A DNA stretch of 64,000 bases, from NCBI GenBank assembly GCA_040954595.2, contig CM082598.2:186001-250000 (forward strand). The letters are read 5' to 3'. Shown here in pieces: positions 28,301 to 41,962 of the stretch. The position numbers and the translations under genes were made by a program. Source of the stretch: Balanoglossus misakiensis (Eukaryota > Animalia > Hemichordata). How positions within the stretch are numbered: the stretch's first letter is position 1; each line of letters starts with the position of its first letter. Below the pieces are notes generated by a model, which was not told where the DNA came from, made no database searches, and saw nothing but the letters and a program-made list of their open reading frames with translations.

Positions 28301-29329
28301 ATGTTGTCAGTTCTAGGCTCTCTTTTCATAGGCAGTACTTTATTCTTTAATCTGATGACGTCACAAGAAGTGGCGCCAGTGTGTCGCGCCGATTTATCAG
28401 GACTGAAAGCACCGAAGTTGAGGTATTGAAAATAAATGGATTAAAACTCAGAGGGGTTGGGGGGATTTCAACAAGTGTATTAACCGTGCGGGGAAACAAG
28501 CAAGAGTCAGAAATTCATTTCCGACTGCACCATATAAAACCTTCAAGAATGTTAACCAAACCTCCATGTCTGTTATCAAAATCAATCCTATCTGGGGGGG
28601 GGGGTTCCGTTGTCTCCTGCATCCACCAAAGATTGTTAGACCAGATCTCTAGAATGCCAACTGACCTTAACTGCATCTGATATTTACACAATTATATATT
28701 TGCGAACAGAAAGCTCTTGAACTTGAGCTTATCGGTATTTGCGTTTGCCGATGATAAATTGGCGTGTTGCAAGTGTGTGTTTACATTGTTTTGTTTACAC
28801 CTATTTAACCAAATCAATACTCTCCATTTGGAGTCGTGATGTTGAGGGCGCACTGTCCCCCTGATAGTGAAAGTGGTATTGGTCCGGGTATTGGCTATCT
28901 ACTCCTCGCCTTCAGGTGGTGGTTGCGATCATCTCGGTACTGGGGGACAATTTTGTAAACTGGTTGTCGACGGACAGAAGGGATTGGAAATGTCAATGCC
29001 CAGCAATAGATGTGGGGGAGGGAATTCTCACATCCCTCTCAGAACCAACATTTTAAAAGAGAGATTGTATGTCCATTAAAATAGAATGTCCACCATTAAA
29101 TCATAAGTTGATAGGTATTGAACTAGAAATCGCGTCACAGCTGCAGATATGGGGACAGTTTGCCGAATTTCAAGTTGTTGTCTTAGTGGTTCTGTGGCCA
29201 TGACTGAAATACAGAGGTCGACATTGTTGAACTTCAAAGTTGAGAGTTCAAAGATGACCTTACCTCAGTTGAGGTCACAAGAACCCATTGTCACTGCATG
29301 AATATTTTTTAAAAGCACGCCCTACTGGT

Positions 29330-29366
<37 letters not shown>
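29330..29366 (+). repeat. (CAA)n microsatellite
   Basis: Directly visible in the sequence. Confidence 0.9.
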
Positions 29367-32300
29367 CAACCAGCCAATCAAGTACACTCAGATGGACTTG
29401 ATCAATTCAATGCCAAGATTGTCCGTCAGATTCTCACTTTAACTGAAACGTAATTAAAGAACAGACAAGCACCGTATTCTCAGGAAGAACTCAACTTTAC
29501 AGAACCCATAAAAAGAAGGGCTAAGTGATTTGGTAATAAACTGGTACATAGACTTTTGGCCTTGGGTGAGAATTCGATTCACAGTCCAGGGTCGTATCCA
29601 GATCAGGGTCGAAGTAATTCACGTCAAATTTCACTGAGTACATGAAATACCAAAAGGGTAAGGCCATTTTGGTTGGGGTCATGTCTCTGTATATCTACAG
29701 AATAGGAAAAAATATTCCATCGCAGGCTACGCTGTAAGAGTGGCAACTTTTGGTTTTGGTAATCTGGTCTTTTTTAAAGAGAGTCTTCATTAATTTTTAT
29801 TGCAATTGCGTGTCCTTGTTTTTCAGGCTAATAATGCGATTTTAACCCTTTCCAAGCACCGATGTTAACAGCCTGTCCTTGAGACATTGAAAGTGATCAT
29901 CAACGCGCGTCGAGGGAGAATTGAACTTGAATTCTTATATCAATAACCAAATAAATCATGGTAATTCCTAACAATGACTGCTACCAGAGTGTGCACGTGG
30001 GGAGTTTTGTTTTGACACCCGTATTTGGTGGTCTCTGTTTTACTAATTCGTCAAATGGCGCTCAGTGTTTCAAGTTGTTTCAGTCAAGAGCTAGACAGCG
30101 GTTATCGTGTTCCGTTTCTAGGCGTTGCTCCGAATATCAATGACCGTCTGTAGCACGTCGGCTTTTCATCGTATACAAAGAAACCCAAGCATGTGGTGAT
30201 GATGCCCGGCCTTGAGAGGGCACACGCGGCTAGTTAATGGTCAACCATCCCACGCGCACGGAGAAAACCCTGAAATTTTGGGAAGTCAATCAAACAGGTT
30301 GTTGAAGGAAGTTGACGCCTGAGGATCACGCGTTTCATTAATTATTCATCGTATTTCATTGCTATTGGTCAAAGATTTAGACACCTCATATTTGAGTAAT
30401 CTTTAGGTCACCCTCCATACCATCGTCTCCATGGACAATCTGTGTGTCGCCCATTCTAGCAAATGACAATAATCTCGCAAGGAGCGGCTTAACCTCGACT
30501 TAAACAAATCCTCTTCTAAACCGAACCCACACCTCCTAAGTTAATCCACCATTAGCACGTACTGTCGTCTCCTCATGTGGCAACGGTGCGTATAGCCACC
30601 GACCGCCGACAACTACAAGTCATCAAAAATATCCCGATTCCATGGTAGGACTATATCCCTTGCCAATCACAACTTGGTAACAAGTCCCATCACAAAGACA
30701 AACAGGTAAACGGGCAGAGACCGACGACAGTGACGTTAAAGAAACAAAACCTGACCACTTAGAGAGAATGCAAATGCCACGTATCGATGACCAATGGCCG
30801 CGACGTAACAGTCGGGATTCTCAACATTGCAGGTCATAGTGACAGTCTTATCTTGTTAGCATTGACTGTTACCAAGCCATCTTCCAAATGTTCACAGCCC
30901 CCGCCTATGACGGGTAAGCCGACGGTGTACATCAATATTGTTTCTCTGAGATTGCGATAAACAAAACCCTTTGCTGTTGCTACCGTGCGTGCCATTAATC
31001 ACAGACATCCTTCATATCTTTTATTTACTCGTCAAAAGGTGATCAGACGACATACATCAAGAATGATTCCAAAAGATGTGATAAGATATTGTCCAAAGAT
31101 AAAAATAATAATCCCTAGAACTTATTACAATCCCCTTGTAAGGAGATCCGACACCTAGATTGAATGAAAAATATGGAATTTAGAAATTTTAAGTCTCCAG
31201 TGCTGCCACACATGTAGTTTGGCCAACCAGTCAGCAATTGAAGTTGACGCACCTGTTAGTAAACACAACGATGAATAAAACCGAGATTGAATCAAATAAA
31301 TCCTGGTTTTATGTGAAGGGCCATACGACATGATTGTATGATTCGAGTTTTTTAAAGTACAGTCCACGAGCTATGGTCAGAGAACCATAATTGTTTCTCA
31401 AAGCATATCTAGTTATTGGATCACTTTACCAGGTACGTTCAATAGATAATTTTACAATCTCTTCCATCACGGTATCTCGAAGATACATATGTTTGTCGCG
31501 CCAGTTATGATAAAACGTTGAGATTTATCGGCCCACAGCCTCTTATCATAACCAAACATTCATCACGTGACCAAAATGGTTGGAAGCAAACACAGGTACA
31601 TTATTTATCAATGCATCGAATAACTGTTACATTTTACCAGGATAAACCACAAACCTTGCGACAGGGAACTCGTGTACAACCAAAACCTATCTCTTCCAGA
31701 AGATAAGAGAATGATTAGTTTCTACCAATTCAACCGGCGACTAATTATAACAAAGATGGCATAGACCGATAACACATTCAGTAAGGTTAAGTTCGTGTCG
31801 CAAATACAACTGTTTACTGCCAGACATTCACTACAACAATTTAATTCGTCCGGATTACCGGTGCTTATCGAATTGCAGACTTCGTGTTCCGGCCGTGCCC
31901 CAGCGCTTGAAAAATGTCAACAACATGAAATGTCACGGGTGGGCAACAAGTATGGCACGAGTTCCGAAATGCATGGATGGCGCAGCGAAAACAGACTTGA
32001 AAACAAAGACGGCGTTTTCTGGTTCAGTGTTTTTCTACTGGTTCAACGTTTACTCAGTGGTCGGCTAGTAGTTGTGCGTACTCGGGTTACCTAGCACCAC
32101 GACGAAACTCAGTGTCTCCGTGAATAAATAACACTTGAGCCACTTGAGAAAGACGCGCGACGCTCGGATTCGCCTCATTAACAAGAAACACCGCACGTGT
32201 GTGTTTCCATATATGGAAGAGACATCAAACACAGCATGCCATTGCGCGACATGTCTATCATTGTACTCAATGCACGCTGTGTTAAGAAAACCCAAGCGCG

Positions 32301-34282
32301 CCCACGCGACCAACCACTTATCAGAAAATACTTGGTCGAGCATGGTGCAAATGGTTTTTTGATTTGAATAAGGCGGTTACCACAAATCTCTGCTCATTTT
32401 GAAGTCACTTTGGTTTGCGCCCATCAGTGGGAATAACCAGGCGGATTCGGCCAATATGGAGAACGATCCAGCAACTTCACGGTCGGATGTTGTCTTAACC
32501 GGATGAAACTTGAATCACGACCGATCTAAACCGGCCATTCCAAAATTGCCCACACATCTCTCTCTTAATGAATGACCAGGTTTCCATGCATGCGAAATAC
32601 ATAGAGCCACAGTCTCCTTTGTTGCCCCGTCTGTAGTTGATGTGTGCACGAGTCCGCTTTCATTCCCGACTCTTTTTAACTAGTTATTGACAGACAAGAC
32701 GGATAACCCCAAAAACAACTAAATGCAAATTCCACCTAATAGTAATAAATTCTAGACTTCACACGTGTGCAATCACGACTCTCAATAGACTACCCCCATG
32801 GCAGAGGCTGCTCGCTTTAAAACACCATAAAAGTAGCATTTCAAAGAGAGACGGCCAACAACAATCGTGCCAGCGATGAACATCAGATCAGACGAAACAG
32901 TGCGAGACGTGCCGCAAAACCTATTCAAGAATTGTTCTTTCGCCAATGGGGTTGCCGTATAAACAGCGATCGCCTTGTGGCTGCATTGGGTTCAGACATG
33001 GTGCCCGTCTGAGAACGACTATAATCAGACACTAGCTTTTGTTCGTGTGTGTTGCACCGCACTGAGACGGCCATACAGATGCTTTGTTCATAAGCAACAG
33101 TGACTCGCTGAAACAGTCGCTTTCCGCCGACTGTGGTTTCCTATCGAAACGTTGAAAAAAAACCTGCCAAGGGTCATTCATGCCATATAAATAATTAAAT
33201 GTTATGAACGTACAGAGTATGTAATTCAAAATTTAGTGATTTGCACCGAGGAACTTTATGGCTGTTGAAACTAAATTGCCACTTTTATAGGTAACGAAAA
33301 ATCACCAAACCAAGAGAATTCATGAAAACACCATTTTAACTGAATCGAATATCTCTGACAATCGTTGCTTCACATGATTTTAAAAATACAGAGGTTTAGG
33401 ACATTATACAGATGAGCGCGTGTGACGGTCACCAAGGCATTCAACTCACTATTTTCACCATTTGCCACGGTTATTATCCGTAGATGGCGCACTCATTGAC
33501 TCAACTGCCATAGTAACCCTCCCTAACTCATTGTTGCATACAAACTGTACTAAGCACAAAACGAAAGAACACACACATGATGAGAGCCTGAGAGGAACAC
33601 CAGGTGAAGAATATGACGCCCTCTAGAGTTCGTATATGTGGCTGCTGCCAGTATGTTTTGATATTTTCTGAGCAAATATCAATTATTTACGCTTAATAGT
33701 TACTCATATACAGGTTTTGTTGGCAAGTAAAATCATGGGAATGTTGGGATCTTAGATGGAGTAGACCACGATACTACAGTTAACACACAGAACACTGCAG
33801 TACATGTTTAATAGACTATGAAATACCTAGAAATGATCTCATACAAACTTTGCAAACAATTAAAAGTAAAATTCGACAGACTTTCGTTTGAATCACAACA
33901 AATTTGTCAGCAATAGCATTTCTGAATGAATCGGTGGGAATATAACAAGAGTATGTGATCAGCTCATCACAACGAATAAAAACGAAAGAAATGCGGCTAC
34001 TGTCTCTGTTTAGAATAAGGATTCGACAAATTGAAGTTTTTTAGTTTAGAGGTACGAGTTTCTAGTATAATGCTAACAACTACATTTTTGTATTTTACAA
34101 AGTGAAATAACCATCTTGCTCGCCGAGTTTTCTTCTTAAACTGGAAAACTACTTCAGTAAAGAACATGCAAGTTTGGGAGGGTCGAGTCTGCACCGTGTA
34201 CAATTCTGATTAAATTTTGGCACACCCCATTTATCGGTCAGTGCGCAGCTTGGAGATACTCCAAACTTTGGTCATTTGCTGT

Positions 34283-36909
34283 TCACGGTTCTGGACTTCC
34301 AGGCTTGGTTTCGTATGCGCCATTCTCAACCAAGACTGATACGATTTTTTCGTCGTTATTTTCTCTGGCAAATACCAGTGGGGTCCAATGCTCGTCATCC
34401 CGAGCATTAACATCTGCTTCGAGTTCTATCAGCTGCGACACCATCTCTTCATAACCCGCCATTGTTGCTAAGTGGAGGGGAGTCAATCCTTCAGATTCTC
34501 GCGCATTCACTTCACTTCCGAGATCGACCAGTAACGATGCAGCGGCTGTCTGACCCTCTCTGGCAGCCAGATGCAATGGCGTCATACCATCAACATTCCT
34601 CGCCATAATGAACGCACTGGATTGCAGTAGGATCCGGATAATATCCAAGTTTCCAATAACTGCTGCAATATGCAGTGCAGTCTCCCTGTCGATGTCTTGA
34701 GCATCTACCGCAGAACCAAGACGTAAGAGCTTCTCTACAGTCTTGTCATGGGAGTTGGCGACTGCAAGATGTAAGGGTGTCAGGCGGTTGCTGTTTTGCT
34801 CGTAAACTGAGGCACCAGAATCGACTAACAACTCGAGAGTTTCATCATGGCCATTTTCAGCAGCACAATGAAGAGGTGTGTTCTTGTTCTCGTCACCAAT
34901 ATCTATGAAGGCTCCTGCCTCAAGCAAGAGCTCCGCGATGTTGGTGTAACCCTTCTTCGCGGCCAGGTGGAGGGTGGTGGACTTGTCACTGGTTGTTTCA
35001 TTGATGTCAACACCCCTGTTCAGCAGAATTTCAACAACAGAGGCATGACCATTCAGTACAGCACAGTGAAGTGGCATCAGGGAATCTCTGTCGCGTGCAC
35101 GGATGTCAGCGCCTCGTTTTATCAGAACCTTCACAGTCTTGTCATGACCATTCATAGAAGCGATGTGAAGGGCAGACTTCCCTTCTTCATTTGTGGCATT
35201 TATCTTGGCGCCTTTTCTGAGCAAGAGCTCTGCCAGGCTGAAGTGGCCAAGTTGACAAGCTACGTGAAGAGGTGTTTGCTTGTAAGCATCAGTTTCATTA
35301 ACGTTTGCACCGTTATTAATCAGTAATTCTGCCATGGCATAGTTGCCGTGCTGGACAACATAAAAGATTGGCGACCAGCAGTCGTTGTCCAGGGAATTGA
35401 CCACGGCGTTGTGGGCAAGTAGCATTCTTGAGATATTCATGTGTCCTTCGATGGTGGCACAGTGAAGTGGCGTTGAAGAGTTGTCATTCAGGGCGTTGAC
35501 ATCCGAGCCTTTCTCTATCAGCAGCATAGATGTGGTTGCCAGACCTCCTTTGCTGGAAAGGTGAAGAACTGTTTGATCATGGCTGTCAGCTGACTTGACA
35601 TTGGCACCCCTCTGTACCAGCATAATGGCAGTATCTTCATGACCTTTGTCGATGGCGATCCAAAGAGGAGTCATTTTATCTGACTCTGTTTCTGCATCAA
35701 TATTTGCTCCCTTGGAGATAAGGAACTCTATCATCTCGTTGTTTCCTTCTAAAGATGCACTGTGGAGTGGTGTGAAGCCCTCAATATCCCGAGCCTCCAA
35801 TTTTGCTCCATGTAGAAGAAGACATTGGGCGATGGCAACCTTATTCAATTCTGCCGCATAATGAAGAGGAGTTAAACCATCTTTAGTTTCTGCGTTGACT
35901 CTCGCTCCACACTCAGCTAATTTGTCAACCACACGCACTTCTCCCTTTCTGGTGGCTACGTGGAGTGGTGTCATGCTGTCGTCATCATGGATGTCGAACT
36001 GCACTCCATATTGGAGCAGAAGATCTATAATGTCTGTGTGTCCCTCCTCGGCAGCATAGTGCAGTGGTGTCTTGCCATCTTTGGTCAGAGGGTTAATGAC
36101 CGCTTTCTTCTCAAGCAGACACTTGGCTGTTTTCACATGACCATTATAAGCAGCAAGGTGCAGTGGCGTCGCCTCATCTTCTGAACAGGAATTGACGACT
36201 GCGCCATTTTCTAACAAGATATGCACTATTTCGTCACTTCCGCTGTATGCAGCCCTGTGTAGTGGGCTCATTTGGCTGCGGTTAATTGCATTCACATCTA
36301 TTTTCTTGTTGCTCAGCAGGATGAATTTGGCAATGCCAACATGTCCGCCCTCAGCAGCTCGGTGCATCAGTGTGTCACCTCGGTCGTTCCGCGTGTTTAG
36401 GTTGGCGCCATACTTTGTCAGGACTTTGACAGCACCCAGTCGACCAGCACCACAAGCAAGTGATATAGGAGTGATGCTCGTTCTGCCCTTGCTATTAACG
36501 TCACTTCCGTTTTGACAAAGTCTTTCCACGGCATCTTGGTCCCCAGCTCGCGCGGCTCTGTGAAGAGTGGTGAAACTTGACTCAACGTCTGACAGGTAGG
36601 TCAGCTTCTCAATCATTGTCTCGTTCCCTAACCTGTCAGCCAACTCAAACGCCGAGAATCCATCGTATTCGCTGTTGGAGTTAGCAACGCGAATGTTAAG
36701 AAGGTGATAAAAATCCGAATACTTGAAAAGCGCGAAAAGAAACAACACATTGTCGTAGAGGATGGCTTGATGTAGAAGAGTGTAACCATTCCTGACTGTT
36801 AGAAGGTCAACACTCTTGGCAAGTTCAAGTGCTGTCTGTGTGTCTTCATCTCTGAGGGCGTCAAACACCTTATCTTCCTTGTTAAAAGCTGACGTCACCA
36901 GACACTCCC
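34283..36909 (-). CDS. Ankyrin-repeat protein, exon 2 (about 23 canonical plus 2 degenerate ANK repeats in one 2.6-kb exon)
   Basis: Repeated G-x-TPLHxA...G...LL..GA.VN 33-aa motifs. Acceptor ttgttgttgcag|GG at 36910/36909 is phase 1; stop at 34283. Confidence 0.93.
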
Positions 36910-37426
36910 CTGCAACAACAAACAACAACAGTTTGTCATTTTATTTGGAAATAACAGGTTTCAAGATCGTCAAATAACCGAAGGAGAAAGAACATGAAAT
37001 TGTATAATTGCATGACACATGCGATTGATGTTCAAGTTTTAAAAGTAATTTTAGCAAGAAATGGTGCATATGATGCGCAGACATAATTTATGAATATCTA
37101 ATTTAGAATGTATTTTATGCAACACACTCTAGAACAAGAAGCTGTGGTCGATTTTGAAATTTGAGCAAATTCCACGGCTACTCAGCACTCTACTTGTGAA
37201 AAATACATCATAAACGTGTATGAACAAGCTTGTGTAATTTTCGACCGATATTGTCAAAATAAATCATTACTTTTGTCAAAAAGAGGAATGCGTGCTAGCT
37301 TATATTCGTACTCATAGCAATAGAGGGCAAAGGTAACGCGAGGAATTGAAACGTCTGACTATACATTTTTCGTACCAGTAAGATTTGGGTACGGGGTTAA
37401 AGGTTATGCACGTCCAAATGACTTAC

Positions 37427-37844
37427 CTGTTACGGGGTCGATGCCATATCGCCCGAGATATTGTTTTAAGTCTCGAATTTGTGCCAGTTTAGGAACATGC
37501 GGTGGCCTGGCCTCCAAAACACGTAGAACACCAAGCACAAGTTGGGTCTTGTTCAGCGTGTAACTCAAACTGTCGTCGCCAGCCGCCCCCGAAGTGAACA
37601 GCATCGCCATGTCGTTTCCGGTGCGGTTTTTGGAGAACTGTATCTCGAAGGTGTCCTCATACGTCATAGGTACGCCCCCTAGAACTTGGGCGACGATTTC
37701 TTTGGCGTTATCGTAGCAGATCGACTGAAGGAATATTCGCAACAGGAAGTTGATATCATTTTGGATGGAACCTTGGATGATCCGTGAACCGTCTTGTGTC
37801 CAGCGACACGAAATTCGACTGATTGTGGTCGTTGACGAAGCCAT
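37427..37844 (-). CDS. Ankyrin-repeat protein, exon 1 (139-aa non-ankyrin N-terminal domain)
   Basis: Start caaacATGG at 37844 (MASSTTT). Donor ACAG|GTAAGT at 37427/37426 is phase 1 and matches the exon 2 acceptor; the spliced product is about 1014 aa. Confidence 0.8.
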
Positions 37845-39591
37845 GTTTGGTGTTGCGTGGGCCAATCGAACCGGTCACGACATCCCTCCGCTTCGGAACT
37901 CGTTGCAATTCACCTATTATACCCCTCGCAATGTACAGAAATCGTCCTCCCGTTTGTCAATGTCTCTGCCGCAAACCACAACACACCAGATCTGGCCAAC
38001 TTACTGAACTGTCGCGTATATTTTACAGAAAAAATAGTGTTACTCCTCAAGGTTCATCGACGCTGACCGGGTCGTTGTGCCAGAAGGCGTAGCGCACCGT
38101 ACACTTTGAACCGTATATTGACAACCCTGTCAAGCATTTTGATTGAATATTAACCGAACCGGTGTTTAATCTTTCCAACACGTATTTATTTCGCGCTATT
38201 TGTTCTTCAGATAAATTGGCATTCCACAATTGGCCAAAGTTGCCCACCATGATGACTTGAATTGAGGATCAGTGCAAACAAACAAACAAACATGGTCACT
38301 GAAGAAGCCGATATTTCGCATTCTCGCCCCACCAGACTACGGATTTCTTTCGTTTCACCTTTTTGCGGGGAGCAGAGCGCTGCCGTAAAAGGGCCGTGGT
38401 TTGCGACGATGATATTTCGACATAGATGTACATGATACCAGTACACAAGACATTCATTTCATTCAGATACGACATTGTCAAAATCCGCATTTTGTGCGGT
38501 GTTACTGCAGTATTCCACGCATGCTCAACTCCCGTAAATGTCATGTTGTCCTTGATGGCGCCAACTTGTGATGAAAAACCGTTAACATACAAAATATTTG
38601 TGTTCGAAGTGCGTGATCACTCTTGGCGGACTCTCCCAATAATTCGGATCTGCTGAAACCCGAAGCTGAAACAATATTTTACCTGCAACGCGCCTGTCAG
38701 GGTAGGTAGCACTAAACATTTTCTCATCAGCACGACCGATCGAGCAGAAGGAAATATAATCCCTCTCCGACTTCACTTCTCTTTCTTTAGTCATATCGCA
38801 GACTGATATACTCAAACAAAAAGATAATTGTTTTACCTGTATATCTCCGGCACAATGTCAACGTCACAACTGTATGGAGTGGTAGAATGTAGAAATAGAC
38901 GTTCCTTTATCATCTAGAAAGCAGAATATGACATGTAAGACAATCGTTAAAACTGAGGCAAAAGAATCGCTCTTATAAAACTGAACCGAACATGTTCATT
39001 AGCATACTTGAAAAATATTTGTATTAATCGACACTTCCATCCGTGGAAACTTTTGTTATGAAAACGTACGAAACAGGGCGTTTATTGCAAAGTCTCTTGA
39101 ATCATGATAAAGACAATAGATGTGACATACATGAAAACTAATCTGTGATGTTCTTGTTAGTTGATAATTGGACGAAGAATTTATGTATTGACATCGATAA
39201 TGATGTTGTTAGTGTAACTGGTTTACGCACTAATCTCAGATTTACACCCACCGACAGATCAAATATGGAAATAGCCATGGGCGTTAGAGACATCAATTGG
39301 GATACACAAAACGAAATCTTTTATATGGAAAGGCTCTAACTCTCCATGGGAAGTGTAAAATTCACATCGGGTATCGAATTTCAATATGTCAAGTACGTGT
39401 GGATTTTGCGGTGCGATGGCCGATTCTGTCGGTACGAAATAATTCTTCTCACCGCGCATGAGCAGCCACTTTTGTATTTCCCCATTATTGTACGGCAACA
39501 ACTGGTAAATTGTTTAGTCTGCTTGACCTGAGTATTTTAATTCTATTCTGCACTCTGGTTCACTACTCTACGTACTACTGGGTCAATCAAC

Positions 39592-39744
39592 TTCACCGAA
39601 GTAGTAAATAACAGGTGTGTACATATCAATATGCAAATGAAAAAGAAATGACGAAGGCTCCGGCCTGTCGCGGCCGACCTCGCACTGACCCTCAATGACG
39701 TGACGTCCGAACTCGATGCCCACCAAACCTTTGATTTCATTTTC
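39592..39744. repeat. Dispersed ~150-170-bp repeat, copy 1
   Basis: Near identical to 48633-48805, which has an extra ~25-nt internal segment; the similarity is also visible in ORFs 39583 and 48614. Confidence 0.9.
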
Positions 39745-39996
39745 TATCTCTCCAAGCAACCGACGTCCATCGTTGGAAACCAATTCCTATTCCATTTCAG
39801 AATACAAGATACTTTAGAGATACATTATACACATCTTTTCTCAACAACGACGCAGATCATTCAAACCCTCTGCCGGGACACACATGATGCTACTTGACTA
39901 TCCAAAATGACACACGCACACAACCCAAGTAAGAAATTTTGAAAACAAAATCAACGCTTACCTCCTTCTCGTCCTTATTTGCTAACAGATAAGAAG

Positions 39997-40361
39997 ATGA
40001 CGACATTAAGGAAGAAGTCCTTGGTCATAATGTATCTCTTGCTTTGGCACATTATGACTAGCAACGGGCAAGATGGGCTGACGTCCTCCGTCTATCCATA
40101 TCACTCTTCTCACTCATTCTCAACATTGATGGTTACAAAGCACGTGACAGCCAACGTCCAGGACGCCAACAAAGGCGTTGATACCACAGACGGGATGAGA
40201 ACATCCGGGACGTCACCAAACAGAGGTCATGACATGATGTCACCTGTAAACAACATCACACTCGATGGACTTTCCTCTGTTACAAATACCACTGATAGTT
40301 CGAACTTGACTGCCACGATGAACACGATTGACACTTCTACGACATCTGCTTCTAACTGGAA
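39997..40361 (+). CDS. GPCR N-terminal exon: signal peptide plus Ser/Thr-rich N-glycosylated ectodomain
   Basis: MTTLRKKSLVIMYLLLWHIMTSNG is signal-like; sequons NIT, NTT, NLT. Donor AA|GTGAGT at 40361 is phase 2 and matches the acceptor at 40947. An in-frame upstream exon 39907-39928 via a 60-nt intron is possible. Confidence 0.7.
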
Positions 40362-40947
40362 GTGAGTAAATGTTAAAACTGAGTATCTACTGTAATTAAT
40401 GCTCCTTAACTCAATAACATTTAGATTGTGAGTAATATTTTCAGTAGTTTCATTGACGTGTCAAACCGTCGCGTGAAGTCTTCAGGATTTGGCATTATCC
40501 TAGTGACATGAAGACATATTTATGGTGATTTGCCTACCAATGTCATTAGTGGTATAAACTGTAAAATTTTCAAAAAAGCATTTAATCCTCGGGTTTTTGA
40601 AGTCATATATAATCAGTATTCTTTGCGGTCACTTTGATCGTTCCACTCACGTTCTCTTCGCGGTGTTGCGTTGTGTCACGTTTTGGTTTGAAGATTAGAA
40701 TCCGGGCAGAAACAGGCTTCTAGTGGGTAGAGTTTATTGATAAGCCGATTAGTAGTCTCGGAAGATGTTTTGCTCTCTGCGGAAGCACTAATTGGTCGGA
40801 TTAAGAGAAAAAATAGTTTCCATTTTTGATGGAAAGATTAGTGTCATTGTATATTGATGACATTTCCTTTTAACTGACTGGTCGACTTTCCTGTTAAACC
40901 AACCTTTCTTGTTTATACTAGTCTTTCTTTTTTTCTTCTTTTCACAG

Positions 40948-41962
40948 AACAGACAAATGGATTGATGACGTCACCTTGGCTCTCTTACAAAATGACTTGA
41001 ACGGTTCATATCCTGAAAACGAAACCAACCCTTTCGAAGAAAGAGCAATTTGTCTCACGTTTGCGATGGTACCTGAGTATCTGATTACTTGGATACCTTT
41101 ATGTATCATAGGGATAGCTCTCAATCTTCTGTTTTTAATCATATATACCAGGTCTCGCGTTTTGAGGTCAAGTTCTATGAATTTGCTCACTAACTTAGCC
41201 GTTGCCGATATTCTTTATCTCATATACGTTGGTAGTAAGGCATTGTGTCGTTTGGCTGATCAGGGATGTATCCTACACACAGCTAGAATATATGGAGTCA
41301 ATCCTGGTCAATTCGTGATAACTCTTTGTACTCATGTATCGCCAACGATTGCCACTATTGTGAGTATAGAGCGCTTCAACGCAGTTTTTCAACCGATCGC
41401 TCACCAAAAGGGATTTTTCCATGGGCGGTTAAGATTCATTCTTGGCAGCATTATTCTGTGGGTTCTGGCTTCTGTTTTGAGTGGGCTTTATCTGTGGCAT
41501 GTTAATCCCACTAGTGCGCTTGTATTCCTTGAGAAAACTGAAGCAAGTATTACAATAATGACTCTGTATATAACATTCCACCTTTTCTTCCTTGTAACCT
41601 CTGTAACCTTATATACTGCTATCGCTCGCAAACTCCTGAAAAAGACCGTAGCTGTCACCTCTTCAAGTCGCGCTACAAACAAACATGTTACAAAGATTTG
41701 TTTTGTTCTCGCTGTTGTGATATTTTGCTATGACTCGCTGTGGATGGTTACTTCTTTGCTCCAATTAATAACGATGGTCGACCAAAACTTTGCCGTTAAA
41801 AATAACATAACTGCCTGGATTCCTTGCATTTCTGTCCCAAAAGCCACTTTCACTGTCATCTGTCCCACCATACATGGTGTGATATACACGTTTTCAAGTT
41901 TAAGATACAGGAAGGAAGTCAAAAGTTTCTTAAGTAAAGATTCTAGCCAGGCCACGAGATAA
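40948..41962 (+). CDS. Rhodopsin-like (class A) GPCR, 7TM exon, orphan/divergent
   Basis: Seven hydrophobic segments; TM1 GIALN, TM2 NLAVAD, TM3 SIERF, TM4 W, and helix-8-like SLRYRKEVK. Polypyrimidine acceptor ttcttttcacag| at 40947. Confidence 0.9.

Noticed and set aside
23543-28680. Several 90-146-aa ORFs in the ASCL1 upstream region
   Set aside because: Mostly non-ATG starts, no domain motifs, and no consistent splice-phase chain.
34675-36515. Plus-strand ORFs overlapping the ankyrin gene
   Set aside because: Antisense shadows of a long coding exon.
38640-38790. IRF/ISRE-like GAAA repeats upstream of the ankyrin gene
   Set aside because: Imperfect matches that are expected by chance in AT-rich DNA.
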